Shown piece by piece: positions 1 through 10,805 of a DNA stretch of 64,000 bases (the stretch's first letter is position 1; every line of letters begins with the position of its first letter). The translations under genes and the position numbers were made by a program. Source of the stretch: an uncultured Anaerolineales bacterium (GTDB lineage: Bacteria; Chloroflexota; Anaerolineae; B4-G1); contig CAYMHT010000002.1 in the NCBI GenBank assembly GCA_964390305.1, positions 27,212 to 91,211 of the forward strand. Direction: 5' to 3'. The notes beneath the pieces are model-generated. The model did no database searches, was not told the DNA's origin, and saw only the letters and a list, made by a program, of their open reading frames with translations.

Positions 1-45
1 GACGAGACACGCGGCCTCCCCGCCAGCACATCCGCGGCAAACACG

Positions 46-1314
46 TTGGGCACGAGGCGGCCCGGCTGCACAGACCACTTGCTCGAGCCTCCCTTTATGT
101 TAGAATACCTGGGCGCTGTGGGGGCTTCGACGGTTGTGCGGCTGCAAATGGGACCATTCACGCAAAGGCGTTTACAGCTTGCTCTGATACTCGTTTCCTT
201 GTTCATGGGGGCCTATGCCACCGGATTCGGCGCATACGAATTCACAGGCCGCTTCCTGCCACCTGGTCGTCGCGGCATCGGACAATCGGAGCTGTTCTGG
301 GAGGCCTGGAACCACATAGAGGAGCACTTCTACGGTGCCGTCCCATCGGCGCGAGACCGCACGTACGGTGCTGTGCGCGCATCCTTGGGGCTTCTTGACG
401 CCCATACGGTACTCGTTGAGCCGACAGGCCGAGCGGGGGTACTGAATGAACCGCAGGGCCCGTATCAGGGGATCGGTGTCTCCCTGTGGCGTGACCGCGA
501 GGGACGGATCTTCCTAGATCCTTCCGCTCAGTCAGCAGCTGAGCGTGCTGGAGTCCGCAGGGGAGATGTGCTCCTGGCTGTTGACCGGGAGCCGGTGACC
601 GGCAAGACGACCGTTGCTGACGTAGAGCAGCGGCTCCAGGGTGAGCTGGGAAGCGAGGTGGTCCTCTCGGTGTCCCGCTCGCCCACCGGGACGGTCAAGC
701 TGACAGTCGTGCGGCTGGAGATGGCGGTCCCATCTGTCACTTGGCGGATGGCGACTCCCGACGTCGGCTACATGCGCCTCGAACGGGTTGCCCAGACGAC
801 CAGCCGCGAGGTGGCAGAGGCCCTCGTTGAGCTGGAACGAGCCGGTGCTTCTGCACTGGTGCTGGACCTCAGGGACACGACTGGGGCGCTGCTGGAATCG
901 GCTGTGGAGGTTGCCGCTCAATTCTTGCACAGACGTGACGTGGTTCTTCATCAGATGGATAGCGGTGTGGAGCGGACATTCCGGGCGAAGACTCGGGGCG
1001 ATGTCAGTCTGTCTCTGGCTGTCCTGGTCAATGGAGGCACGGCCAGGGGGGCAGAGGTTGTCGCCGCCGCGCTCCAAGACCACGGCCGGGCGGCCCTCAT
1101 TGGAGAGGTGTCCTCCGGCGAGGGATCGGTGCAGGAGGTCTACGAGCTGTCCGATGGGTCGTCGCTTCGGATCACCGCGGCTATGTGGCTCACTCCGCGA
1201 CGACGCCGCATTGACGAGAACGGCCTCATGCCTGACGTTGTCGTCTCTGATGACGCTGCTCCGGGAGACGAGCAACTCGACCGGGCCGTGCGTTACCTAG
1301 AATCGGGGTCATAG
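46..1314 (+). CDS. C-terminal processing peptidase (S41, CtpA-like), membrane-anchored; true start probably internal (ATG ~148)
   Basis: N-terminal TM helix, PDZ-like segment, S41 core motifs (LVNGGTARGAEVVAAALQDH...GSVQEVYELSDGSSLRITAAMWLTP); ORF begins 45 nt from window edge. Confidence 0.8.
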   Translation: MGTRRPGCTDHLLEPPFMLEYLGAVGASTVVRLQMGPFTQRRLQLALILVSLFMGAYATGFGAYEFTGRFLPPGRRGIGQSELFWEAWNHIEEHFYGAVPSARDRTYGAVRASLGLLDAHTVLVEPTGRAGVLNEPQGPYQGIGVSLWRDREGRIFLDPSAQSAAERAGVRRGDVLLAVDREPVTGKTTVADVEQRLQGELGSEVVLSVSRSPTGTVKLTVVRLEMAVPSVTWRMATPDVGYMRLERVAQTTSREVAEALVELERAGASALVLDLRDTTGALLESAVEVAAQFLHRRDVVLHQMDSGVERTFRAKTRGDVSLSLAVLVNGGTARGAEVVAAALQDHGRAALIGEVSSGEGSVQEVYELSDGSSLRITAAMWLTPRRRRIDENGLMPDVVVSDDAAPGDEQLDRAVRYLESGS

Positions 1315-2670
1315 ATGGATAGGACACTACGAACGGTTCTCAAGTTGTTCCTGATCGGAATCATTCTGCTGGCCGTTGCGGTGGGTATGTTTGCCGCGGG
1401 TTTTGGCTCGGCTTACCTGTTGACCGGGCAAGGGGATACGCGTGTACCGTCACCGACGGCCCGACCGTCTGCCACGCCCACTGCCCCAGCGTCCGCGACG
1501 CCTTCTCCCCCACCGCCCACTGAGCCTGCTCAGGCAGACGACCCGGAACCGACGGCGCAGCCCACCGACACCCCATCCCCCGTCTCGACGCCAGACGACG
1601 ATGCCAGGGAGGCCTTTGAGCTCTTCTGGGAGGTCTGGGATTTGGTGGAAGAGCACTACTACGGCAAGCTGCCAGACCTACGCGATATCACCTATGCGGC
1701 AATCCGCGGGATGCTCGATACCCTTGATGACAGGTATACCGCGTTCATTGAGCCAGACGTTGCAGCCATCCTGGAAGAGGACGCCAGCGGCGAGTTTGAA
1801 GGCATCGGCGCGTTTGTCGATACGGACGAATCTGGCACGTTGAGGATCGTCGACACCTTTGAACAAGGCCCGGCGGAAGAAGCAGGCCTTCAGGCTGGCG
1901 ACCGAGTCGTCGCCGTGGATGGGGAGTCCATCGTCGGTGCCCCGCTCTACGAGGCCATCGGGAAGATCCGAGGACCGGCTGGCAGTCAGGTGACGCTCAC
2001 GGTGGAGCGGGAAGGGATCGGGGAGCCCTTCCCGGTGACCGTGACTCGAGCGCGTCTGGAGATTCCCATCATCGAAGCCGAGGTCCGCGAGGATGGCGTG
2101 GGTTACATTCGACTCCGTGAGTTCAGCGCTACGGCGAGCAGCGCCCTGGAGGAGGGACTCGAGTCGCTCCTGGAACAGGATGCGGAGGGCGTCGTTCTCG
2201 ACCTGCGACAGAACCCGGGAGGGTGGCTTGACCAGGCCATTGAGGTGGCGGATCTCTTCCTGGGGGAGAGCTTGGTAGCAGTAGAACGCTTCAGCGACGG
2301 GACTGAGCGGAAGTTCTGGGCCCACGACGGCGACATCGCTGAGGGTGTCCCGCTCGTCGTGCTTGTGAATAACGGTTCAGCCAGCGCGTCGGAGATTGTT
2401 GCCGGCGCCCTCCAGGATCACGAAAGGGCGATCCTTGTGGGGGTTCCTACGTTTGGCAAGGGTTCCGTGCAGCGGCCCTTCGAGCTGAGCGATGGCTCTG
2501 AGCTTCGTGTTACCGTTGGACTCTGGTTCACGCCCGATGATCAGCGCATCCAAGGGGAGGGACTGATGCCTGATATCGAGGTACCATGGCCTGACGAGGA
2601 AAGACAGGAAGATCCTGACCGGGATCCCCAGCTGGAGCGCGCAGTTGAGTACCTTCTGGAAGGACGATGA
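1315..2670 (+). CDS. C-terminal processing peptidase (S41) paralog with N-terminal TM anchor and Pro/Thr/Ala-rich linker
   Basis: LVNNGSASASEIVAGALQDH...GKGSVQRPFELSDGSELRVTVGLWFTP; immediately follows the first ctpA copy (stop/start adjacent). Confidence 0.85.
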   Translation: MDRTLRTVLKLFLIGIILLAVAVGMFAAGFGSAYLLTGQGDTRVPSPTARPSATPTAPASATPSPPPPTEPAQADDPEPTAQPTDTPSPVSTPDDDAREAFELFWEVWDLVEEHYYGKLPDLRDITYAAIRGMLDTLDDRYTAFIEPDVAAILEEDASGEFEGIGAFVDTDESGTLRIVDTFEQGPAEEAGLQAGDRVVAVDGESIVGAPLYEAIGKIRGPAGSQVTLTVEREGIGEPFPVTVTRARLEIPIIEAEVREDGVGYIRLREFSATASSALEEGLESLLEQDAEGVVLDLRQNPGGWLDQAIEVADLFLGESLVAVERFSDGTERKFWAHDGDIAEGVPLVVLVNNGSASASEIVAGALQDHERAILVGVPTFGKGSVQRPFELSDGSELRVTVGLWFTPDDQRIQGEGLMPDIEVPWPDEERQEDPDRDPQLERAVEYLLEGR

Positions 2671-3137
2671 TGACCCAGAAGGGAGTCAGAGTCGTCGCCC
2701 GCAATCGAAAGGCTTACTACGACTACCATGTTGAGGATCGGTATGAAGCTGGCCTCGTGTTGCGTGGCTCGGAGATCAAGTCGATTCGTGAGGGACGCGT
2801 CAGTCTGCGTGAGGGGTACGTCCGACCACGTGATGGCGAGCTGTGGCTGCTCAACGTCCACATCGGATCCTACAAGCCGGCCGGTCGCTATTTTGATCAC
2901 GACCCGCGTCGCCCGCGGAAGCTGCTTCTCCATCGCTATGAGATCGATCGGCTGATCGGCGAGGTTGAGAGGAGCGGGTATACGATCATCCCTCTCCAGA
3001 TGTACCTGAAGAACGGGTTGGCAAAGGTCGAGATCGGCTTGGCGAGGGGCAAGGCCAAGCACGACAAGCGGCGTGTCATCGCTGAGCGCGAGGCCGAGCG
3101 GGAGATCGATAGGGCCATGAGAGATCGGCGTCAATGA
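2667..3137 (+). CDS. smpB: SsrA-binding protein SmpB
   Basis: Full-length match to SmpB family (KAYYDYHVEDRYEAGLVLRGSEIKS...YKPAGRYFDHDPRRPRKLLLHRYEI); 4-nt overlap with upstream ctpA. Confidence 0.9.
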   Translation: MMTQKGVRVVARNRKAYYDYHVEDRYEAGLVLRGSEIKSIREGRVSLREGYVRPRDGELWLLNVHIGSYKPAGRYFDHDPRRPRKLLLHRYEIDRLIGEVERSGYTIIPLQMYLKNGLAKVEIGLARGKAKHDKRRVIAEREAEREIDRAMRDRRQ

Positions 3138-3958
3138 GAAGGACCCTCGTGAGGCCCTCGCGGGTCCTGTCTGGGTTGGATCTCTATTCGATCGCGCAGG
3201 TCAACGCCTTGCCGCCCGAGCAGCGAGCCCGAGTCTACTGCAGCTTGATCCCCTTTGAGATCATTCTCCGCTTCGATATCGACCCCGACCTCCTGAACCC
3301 GCCGAGCCGCTCCTCCCTCTTCAGGATCTCCGCCAAGTCAAACTCAGTCGCGTTGTCCCTGAAGCATGTACCCGACGCCGACGATCCGCTCCTCTACCTC
3401 CAACTGGCAGATACGACGACGGGCCAGATCGAGGTCTTGCTGTTCATCGTCAATGACCCCCATGCGGAGAGGTTCGACACAGACCGCCTGCCTGATGGCA
3501 CCCCCACCCACTTCGGGACACACGGCAGGAACATCGCCGAGGAGATAAGAGCCATGAGAGCGGGGCTGGCCCCTGGACAGGTGCGCCGTGGACTGCGCCT
3601 GACGCGGGATCTCGTGCCCATCCTGGAGCGCTTCGTCACTCACCTTCACCACGACGCCGTCTACATTCAGCCGCTGGCCTACCACAACGCTATTCTCTTT
3701 GAACGTCTTGGATTCGGCTACGTGATGGGGCTGGGTCGTATGGAGTGGATCCACACCGAGTTCGCACCAGGTGGGCTGCTTCATCAGCGGCTTGATGGTT
3801 CTAACCCATTCCGGCAGCCCGGGGCCGAGAAGACGGTGCGCGGGCGGAGCTGGGCCATTCACGATGGCATCTTGGGTATGGCGTACGAGGGGATCAAGAT
3901 GTATAAGCGCGTTGGCATTCATGCCGGTCTGATCACGTTCCCCGACGCTGCTTGGTGA
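3134..3958 (+). CDS. hypothetical protein (weak GNAT-like C-terminal motif AILFERLGF), co-transcribed with smpB
   Basis: ATGA overlap with smpB stop; 274-aa ORF with no stop on a coding-dense strand; no confident family assignment. Confidence 0.4.
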   Translation: MRRTLVRPSRVLSGLDLYSIAQVNALPPEQRARVYCSLIPFEIILRFDIDPDLLNPPSRSSLFRISAKSNSVALSLKHVPDADDPLLYLQLADTTTGQIEVLLFIVNDPHAERFDTDRLPDGTPTHFGTHGRNIAEEIRAMRAGLAPGQVRRGLRLTRDLVPILERFVTHLHHDAVYIQPLAYHNAILFERLGFGYVMGLGRMEWIHTEFAPGGLLHQRLDGSNPFRQPGAEKTVRGRSWAIHDGILGMAYEGIKMYKRVGIHAGLITFPDAAW

Positions 3959-3984
3959 TCCGTCATACTACTATACGAAACGCA

Positions 3985-4012
3985 GCGGCTTGTCTTGACA
4001 AAGAAGGGATCT
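3985..4012 (+). promoter_or_regulatory. sigma70-type promoter (TTGACA-16-TAGAAT) for S1-domain protein gene
   Basis: TTGACA at 3985-3990, TAGAAT at 4007-4012; followed by GAGGAGG SD and GTG start at 4080. Confidence 0.5.
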
Positions 4013-4079
4013 GGAGTAGAATCAAAGTCCGCGTTTATGTGTGCGAACAGGTAAAGCTCATCGACCGAGGAGGTATTAA

Positions 4080-4805
4080 GTGACCGGAAGATCAGATGAT
4101 TCAGCGCTTTCCGTGAATGACCTTGAACCGAAGACCTGCCTGGAGGGAAGGGTCAAGGAGGTCGGTCTGCACGGTGCGGTGGTCGACATTGGTTTGCCGT
4201 ACGAAGGATTGCTGCACATATCTCAACTGACCGAGGACGGGGAGCTGGACGCAGTGACGGAGGCTGTAGAGGTCGGGGACGAGGTAACTGTATGGGTTAG
4301 CGAGGTGCATCCTGAGCAGAAGCGGGTCAGCTTGACCATGGTTGAACCCCCTGATGTGACGTGGGAGCAGTTGAACGAGGGGAAACTTCACACGGGCAGA
4401 GTGACCCGTATCGAACAGTACGGGGCGTTCGTGGATATCGGTGCCGAGCGCCCTGGGCTGCTCCACGTGCGCGAGATGTCGTCGGGGTACGTCGAACATC
4501 CGTCGGAGCTGGTGAGCGTCGGTGATGAGATCGAGGTCCGCGTTCTCAGAGTCGACCGTCAGAGGCAGCGCATCGACCTGACGCGGCAGGGGCTCGGCGA
4601 GGTTGTGGAAGAGCCCGAACCAGAGGAGGCGCCCGAGGAGGAAGAGGCGACGGCGCAGACGGCAATGGAGGCCGCAATGGAGCGGGCTCGTGCCGAGGGA
4701 TACCAGGGCGCGGGTGAAGGCCGCCGCGCCAAGATGCGCAAGCGTGAGGACGCGGAGCAGGAGGACATCCTGGAGCGCACGCTTGACCAGCATTCGGAGG
4801 AGTAA
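4080..4805 (+). CDS. S1 RNA-binding domain protein (two S1 domains, acidic C-terminal tail)
   Basis: Two S1-like segments (GRVKEVGLHGAVVDIGLPYEGLLHISQL; GRVTRIEQYGAFVDIGAERPGLLHVREMS...VGDEIEVRVLRVD); GAGGAGG RBS. Confidence 0.7.
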   Translation: MTGRSDDSALSVNDLEPKTCLEGRVKEVGLHGAVVDIGLPYEGLLHISQLTEDGELDAVTEAVEVGDEVTVWVSEVHPEQKRVSLTMVEPPDVTWEQLNEGKLHTGRVTRIEQYGAFVDIGAERPGLLHVREMSSGYVEHPSELVSVGDEIEVRVLRVDRQRQRIDLTRQGLGEVVEEPEPEEAPEEEEATAQTAMEAAMERARAEGYQGAGEGRRAKMRKREDAEQEDILERTLDQHSEE

Positions 4806-4896
4806 TCGCGCGCGCCAGTTCTCGTTTCTTGTCTGGGTACTAAGAAGCGTCTCCCTCTATCTGCCACGTGGAGACGCTTCCTCCCCTCCTCTCAGA

Positions 4897-7251
4897 TTAC
4901 TGCGTCACCTCGATCGAGCTGATTACGACACTGTCGGCTCCGTCTTGCCCTCCATCCCGTCGCTGGAGGCGGTCTCCTTCTGACCTGCGATACAGCCCCA
5001 CATTCAGTCTGTAGACTCCAGAGGGCATCTCGGCGGGGATACGAATCTTGTACTCGTCCCAGACGTACTTGTCGCGCGGCCAGCGTGACGTGGGCAGCCC
5101 TCCTGGATTCAGATGGTCCCCTTGGGCCCAGGCGACATCAAGTGGTTCTGCCACGTGGACGAACGACTGATAATTCTCCGCTACGTCCCTGATGGCACGC
5201 CAGTACAGAACGACAGAAAGCGTATCCCCGGGCCGCAGCCGGGTCTGACCCAAGTCGTATCCCAGAAGCGCGATCTTCCCTCCGAAGTCGGCATGAACCT
5301 GGTGCTGCGCGGGCAACGCTTGCCCGGGTGGGGAATCTTGGTACAGGCAGCCCAGCGGATCGAGTGCTGCCAGCTTGATACACACAACCAGTGCCAGTGT
5401 GCCTGCCAGCCATAACCAAGTACCGGAGGCACACGGCAAGCGCCGTGCCTTCTCGTGGCCGTCTTCCTGGCGGCGCCAGACGAGCATGATGACGGTCAGG
5501 ATGACGAGTGCTGCAGCCGATATGGCCGTACCTGCCTTGCGCGGCGGCGTGTCTTCATAGCGGACCAGCACGTCATGCTTCCCGGCCGGCACCCTCACCG
5601 TGATGAAACCCTCGGGGCGCGCGAGTTCGATGTCGACGTTCTCGCCGTCTACGTAGGCTTTCCAGCCGGGGAAGTAGAAGGTGTACAGCCGCAGCACGAA
5701 CGCCTCGGGAGTCTCGACGTAGAAGTGGTCGCGGTCTGGTCCGTGCTCAACGATGGTCACCGCCGTCGACTCCGGTAGCGTCGCCCGATTCACCTTGTCG
5801 ACTGGCCCATCGGATGCATAGGACTCGACCAGCGACTCCACTGGTTTGGGAATCATCTCCACCGTAGCTGGCAAGAAGTCCCCGGTCGACGTGGTGCCCA
5901 ATGCCCGCGTCTCTCGTTCCCAGCGTATGGTGTCGATCGGCGAGGTGCCGCCAAAATCGGAAGGCCACGGCGGGGGATAGAGCAGTGGCAGCGCTGTGAC
6001 CACAACCAGGGCAAAGATCGCTGCGATGATTGGCCGACGCCACGGTCCGTGCGGCAGCACGGCGACGCTGCCCGCCGTGCACATCGCCAGCATGAGATTC
6101 GCCGGGCCGAGGAGCCGCCAGGGGAACTGCATGTACGCCATCAGGGGAACCGACTCCCAGATCATGTTCGACATCGGCAGCGTGAGGAAGATGAGAGCCA
6201 TTGCGGCAGCTGAGAAGAAGAGCAGGCCCCTCCCCTTTTCGTTCCTCTCAAGCCCACTGAGGAGTCTTGCGACAACCACAACAGCCGGTACGGCCAGGAG
6301 CCACTGCGCCAGACCTAGGTTGTGGCGGTAGCGGGGACCCGTGGCGCCCCAGTCGATTAGGCGAGACGGAGCCAGGAGCTCCCCGAGAGACAGGAAGTGC
6401 TCCCGAAAGTCAAAATGCCCTGGTCCGATCACTTCGAGCTTGACCGCGTCGCTCTCCAGCCATGCCGGGAGCCAGAAGAAGGCGATCAGCGACGCAGCTA
6501 ACGTGAAGGCGATGGGCCCCCACACCGCATGCTGCCGCCTCCCCTCGACCACGACCTGCCACACCCAATAGCCCAGCAGCAGTCCCATGATGATCAGTCC
6601 GGTCAGATTATGGCTGAAGACAACTGCGCCTAGCGAGAGGATGCTTCCCAGCAGCTTCCATCGGGTCGGGGAGCTCATCATCCGACGGAAGAAGTAAAGG
6701 GCCAGTGGAATGAGGCAGACGGCGAAGTGCTCCGCCAAATCGCCGCGGGCGTGAGGGTCGATGAACAACACGTACGGCGAGAGGGTAAACGAGGCGGCAG
6801 CAAGTACCCCTGCTTCAGCGTCAAACAGGTCGCGACCCAGCAGGTACGCTCCCCCGGAGGCCAGCAAGAGTCCTACCACGAAGACTGCCTTGACACCGCC
6901 GACGACGTCCACGCCAGGGAGTGCGACTGCGAACAGATTAGCCAGGTAGTAAGTCAGTGGAGCGTAGTAGTTGAAGATCGGATACCCGTAGCCGAGGTAC
7001 AGATTCGGAGCCCAGCGGGGATAGAGTACACCCTCGCTGATCGCGTGCCCAATCTCGGCTGCGCGATACACGTGAAGTTCCGCATCCGTCTGGTGGGGAA
7101 GCCCTTGTCGAGAGAGGAACGGGATAGCGGCGAAAAGACCCAGGGCCAGCGCCAACAGGATGCCCCAGTCTAGTCGCGGGCCATGTTCACGGTCCAGGTC
7201 CAGGATCGACTCCCAGATCGATCGTGGGCGGGAGCGGGCGTTAGGACGCAA
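4897..7251 (-). CDS. large polytopic membrane protein, GT-C-like glycosyltransferase fold (PMT/ArnT/YfhO-like), with C-terminal soluble domain
   Basis: 784 aa; ~12 predicted TM helices in N-terminal 500 aa plus conserved loop (HVYRAAEIGHAISEGVLYPRWAPNLYLGYGYPIFNYYAPLTYY). Confidence 0.55.
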   Translation of the reverse strand: MRPNARSRPRSIWESILDLDREHGPRLDWGILLALALGLFAAIPFLSRQGLPHQTDAELHVYRAAEIGHAISEGVLYPRWAPNLYLGYGYPIFNYYAPLTYYLANLFAVALPGVDVVGGVKAVFVVGLLLASGGAYLLGRDLFDAEAGVLAAASFTLSPYVLFIDPHARGDLAEHFAVCLIPLALYFFRRMMSSPTRWKLLGSILSLGAVVFSHNLTGLIIMGLLLGYWVWQVVVEGRRQHAVWGPIAFTLAASLIAFFWLPAWLESDAVKLEVIGPGHFDFREHFLSLGELLAPSRLIDWGATGPRYRHNLGLAQWLLAVPAVVVVARLLSGLERNEKGRGLLFFSAAAMALIFLTLPMSNMIWESVPLMAYMQFPWRLLGPANLMLAMCTAGSVAVLPHGPWRRPIIAAIFALVVVTALPLLYPPPWPSDFGGTSPIDTIRWERETRALGTTSTGDFLPATVEMIPKPVESLVESYASDGPVDKVNRATLPESTAVTIVEHGPDRDHFYVETPEAFVLRLYTFYFPGWKAYVDGENVDIELARPEGFITVRVPAGKHDVLVRYEDTPPRKAGTAISAAALVILTVIMLVWRRQEDGHEKARRLPCASGTWLWLAGTLALVVCIKLAALDPLGCLYQDSPPGQALPAQHQVHADFGGKIALLGYDLGQTRLRPGDTLSVVLYWRAIRDVAENYQSFVHVAEPLDVAWAQGDHLNPGGLPTSRWPRDKYVWDEYKIRIPAEMPSGVYRLNVGLYRRSEGDRLQRRDGGQDGADSVVISSIEVTQ

Positions 7252-7275
7252 GAGGCCCTTTGGCCTTAGGTCGGG

Positions 7276-8151
7276 TTAGCGGCCCTGCTGCTCGACAAAA
7301 TCGGCCATCTGCTCTGGGTGCTCGGCCACTGGGACGCCGACCGCTTCGAAGGCAGCGATCTTGTCCGCGGCCGTCCCCTTCCCTCCTTGGATAATGGCGC
7401 CAGCGTGGCCCATGCGCTTGCCCGGAGGTGCCGTGCGCCCCGCGACAAAGGCTGTTATGGGCTTGGTCATCTCTTCGTCGATAAACGCTGCGGCGTCCTC
7501 CTCGGCGGTTCCCCCTATCTCCCCGATGAGCACCACTTGTTCAGTCTCCGAGTCTTCCTCAAACAGCTTGAGCACGTCAATGAAATCGGTTCCGATGATC
7601 GGATCGCCGCCGATTCCCACGCACGTCGTCTGTCCCAGTCCTCGGCCCGTGAGTGCGTACACAACCTCGTACGTGAGCGTTCCAGATCGAGAGACGACTC
7701 CCACAGGGCCGGGCGTACCAATGTGACCCGGCATAATCCCGACCTTCGTCTGCCCCGGTGACAGCAGCCCGGGGCAGTTGGGTCCGACCAGGCGAGAGCC
7801 CTGCTGATCCAGATACGCCCGCACGCGGATCATGTCCAGCACGGGAATCCCCTCCGTGATACACACGATCAACGGGATGCCTGCGTCCCCAGCCTCGATC
7901 ATAGCGTCAGGCGCGAATCGCGCGGGCACGTAGATGATGGATGCGTTAGCCCCGGTCTGCTCCACAGCCTCAGCCACCGTGTCGAAGACGGGGACGCGCC
8001 CGCCGCAGGCGCGCTGCCCCCCCTTCCCTGGCGTGACCCCCCCCACGATCTGTGTGCCGTATTCGATCATCTGTTCGCTGTGAAACTCGCCTTCGCGACC
8101 AGTGATGCCTTGCACGAGCAGCAGTGTCTCTCTGTCCACTAGAATTGCCAC
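7276..8151 (-). CDS. sucD: succinyl-CoA synthetase alpha subunit
   Basis: Full-length SucD match (CoA-binding and phosphohistidine region ...SRSGTLTYE...). Confidence 0.9.
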   Translation of the reverse strand: MAILVDRETLLLVQGITGREGEFHSEQMIEYGTQIVGGVTPGKGGQRACGGRVPVFDTVAEAVEQTGANASIIYVPARFAPDAMIEAGDAGIPLIVCITEGIPVLDMIRVRAYLDQQGSRLVGPNCPGLLSPGQTKVGIMPGHIGTPGPVGVVSRSGTLTYEVVYALTGRGLGQTTCVGIGGDPIIGTDFIDVLKLFEEDSETEQVVLIGEIGGTAEEDAAAFIDEEMTKPITAFVAGRTAPPGKRMGHAGAIIQGGKGTAADKIAAFEAVGVPVAEHPEQMADFVEQQGR

Positions 8152-8159
8152 GATTCCCC

Positions 8160-9296
8160 CTAGTCCACAGCGGCAACGGCCTCTCGCGCCGCCGCCACGA
8201 GTGTCTCGGCAGTTACCAGATTGTACCCCGACCCCTCAAGCATCTCGCGGCCCTGCTCGTCGTTCGTACCCACCAATCGAGCCACCAGCGGCACAGTCGG
8301 CTGGACTTCCTCAAAGGCCTCCAAAATCCCCGCGGCGACTTCGTCACACCGGGTGATACCGCCGAAGATGTTGAACAGCACAGCCTCCACACGCTCGTCC
8401 TCCAGGATGAGTCGAAGAGCCGTTGCGACTGTGTTGGCCTGCGCGCCTCCGCCGATGTCCAGGAAATTGGCCGGCGATCCCCCGAAATGCTTGATGATGT
8501 CCATTGTCGCCATGGCCAGCCCCGCCCCGTTGACCATGCAGCCGATGGTCCCGTCGAGCTTCACGTAGCTCAATCCTGCTTCCCGCGCTTCCCGCTCAGC
8601 CTGGGCCTCGGCGTCGATGTCGCGCATTTCCACCAGGTCTGGATGGCGGAACAGGGCGTTGTCGTCAAGAACCATCTTCCCATCTACCCCCAGCAATTCA
8701 CCGTCGTCCGTGACGACCAGCGGGTTGATCTCGGCAAGCGAGGCATCATACGCCGTGAAGGCGTCATAGAGCCCCTGCGCAGTGCGCCCGAAGGGTCGAT
8801 GCTGCTCTTTCGATAGCGCGATGCCCTTGGCCAGCTGCAGCGTCTGGTATCCGCGGAGACCCAAGAAAGGGTCAATGGTCACCTTCTTTATCGCTTGCGG
8901 ATTGGTGCGTGCGACCTCTTCGATCTCCACTCCGCCCTCAGCGGACGCCATCATCGTTGCTCGACGGGCAGCGCGATCCACGACGATGCCGAGGTAGATC
9001 TCTCTTGTGATGTCGACCGCCTCGTCGATGAGAACCTTGCGCACAGGGAGTCCTTTGATCTCCATGCCAAGGATCTCCTTCGCGGATCTCTCGGTCTCGT
9101 CGGGAGTATGACTCAGTTTGATGCCTCCCGCCTTTCCGCGGCCGCCAACCAACACCTGCGCCTTCACGACGACCGGCCCCCCAAGCTCCTCGGCTGCCCG
9201 GCGCGCTTCGCTCGCTCTGGTCGCTACCTGACCGGAGGGGATAGGTACACCGTGCTTGGCGAACAGTCTCTTCGACTGATACTCGTGTAGTTTCAC
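8160..9296 (-). CDS. sucC: succinyl-CoA synthetase beta subunit
   Basis: [20 protein letters not shown]... ATP-grasp SucC; directly upstream of sucD on same strand. Confidence 0.9.
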   Translation of the reverse strand: MKLHEYQSKRLFAKHGVPIPSGQVATRASEARRAAEELGGPVVVKAQVLVGGRGKAGGIKLSHTPDETERSAKEILGMEIKGLPVRKVLIDEAVDITREIYLGIVVDRAARRATMMASAEGGVEIEEVARTNPQAIKKVTIDPFLGLRGYQTLQLAKGIALSKEQHRPFGRTAQGLYDAFTAYDASLAEINPLVVTDDGELLGVDGKMVLDDNALFRHPDLVEMRDIDAEAQAEREAREAGLSYVKLDGTIGCMVNGAGLAMATMDIIKHFGGSPANFLDIGGGAQANTVATALRLILEDERVEAVLFNIFGGITRCDEVAAGILEAFEEVQPTVPLVARLVGTNDEQGREMLEGSGYNLVTAETLVAAAREAVAAVD

Positions 9297-9478
9297 GTGC
9301 TGACCTCCTGCTGGCTGTAGGATCTGTTGTTCTGTGTCTGGCCCAAAGCGGTTAGTGGGCCAGAGTGAGTCTCTGGCTACCGTATGACGATGCTCATCGT
9401 GGGCTCCCCTGACGCCTACAGGACACCCGCCAGCAAGATGCCCGAGAAGCCCCGAATGACCTTCAGGTGCAGCAGTCG

Positions 9479-10805
9479 TCAGCTGCGCTCGACTGCTCTC
9501 TTCGTCCCTCGAAAGCGTCCGACAAGCCTTCGAGGGATCAGGCCTGCGATATGGGTGCCGTTGTGGGTGTGCTGTTCCTGCTGAATGAGCCCCCGCCGAT
9601 GGAACAGGTCCACCAGCTCCCCCTGATCGTAAGGGATAAGCACGTCGACTTGAGCCATCTGGCTTTGCAGGATCTCCTGAACTCGCATCAGCAATCTCGG
9701 CAGGCCATGACCTGTGACGGCGGAGATTGCGACGGCGTCCGAGAACCCATCCGCGGCCGGTGTGGCCTCAGGCGAGGACAGGAGGTCGATCTTGTTCAGG
9801 GCGTTTACCGTCGGCTTGTGAGCGGCGTTGAGCGTCTCGAGGGTGTGTTGCACACTCTTTGTCTGCCTGACCAACTGCGGATGGGTGACGTCCATCACGT
9901 GCACGAGCACGTCGGCCTCGGTGACCTCTTCCAACGTCGCGTGAAACGCGGCCACCAGTTGCGTCGGTAGCTTCTGAATGAAGCCTACGGTGTCTGTGAA
10001 GAGCGCATTCCCTCCACCAGGGAGCTCAACCCGGCGTGTCGTCGGGTCGAGCGTTGCGAAGAGTTGATCCACCACCAGCACATCAGCGTCGGCCAGTGTA
10101 TTCAGTAATGTCGACTTCCCTGCGTTTGTATAACCCACCAGAGCGACGGTCGGCATGCCGGCTCTGCGGCGGCGCGCCCGATGGCGCTCGCGGTGAGCTC
10201 GCACCTTCTCGAGTTGCTCCTTCAGGTATGTAATACGTCTGCGGATCATCCGCCGGTCAGTCTCTAGCTGCGACTCACCGGGGCCGCGAACACCGACGCT
10301 CCCCCTGGCACCGGCGGCCCGCCCGCCAGCCTGACGTGCGAGGTGTGTCCACGCCCGTGTCAGACGCGGTAGCCTGTACTCATATTGGGCTAGCTCGACT
10401 TGAAGGGCTCCTTCTCGCGTGTGCGCATGCTGGGCGAAGATGTCCAAGATCAGAGCCGTTCGGTCAAGCAGCCTGACGTCGTCTGGAAAGATCTCCTCCA
10501 GCTCGCGCTGGTGGCGTGGAGAAAGCTCATCGTCGAAAAGGATGACGTCAGCAGCCATCTCCTCTACCTTGGCGTGCATCTGCTTGGCTTTTCCAGGGCC
10601 GATGAACGTAGCTGGGTGCGGGTGCACCAGCTGTTGGATCTCGTAGCCCACGACCGTCATCCCAGCCGTGTGGGCCAAACGCTCCAACTCGGCCAGCGAC
10701 TCCCTTACCGGCCAGCTGTCATCTCCTCCAAAGGAAGCGGGGCCTTTTGGCTCCACGCCCACCAGGAAGGCGCGCTCCTTGGTAGCTCCAGTCGCTTCTG
10801 TCATA
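9479..10805 (-). CDS. hflX: GTPase HflX
   Basis: HflX N-domain plus GTPase G1-G4 ([21 protein letters not shown]); start re-set to internal ATG (MTEATG) with GGAGG upstream; long ORF extension is non-homologous. Confidence 0.85.
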
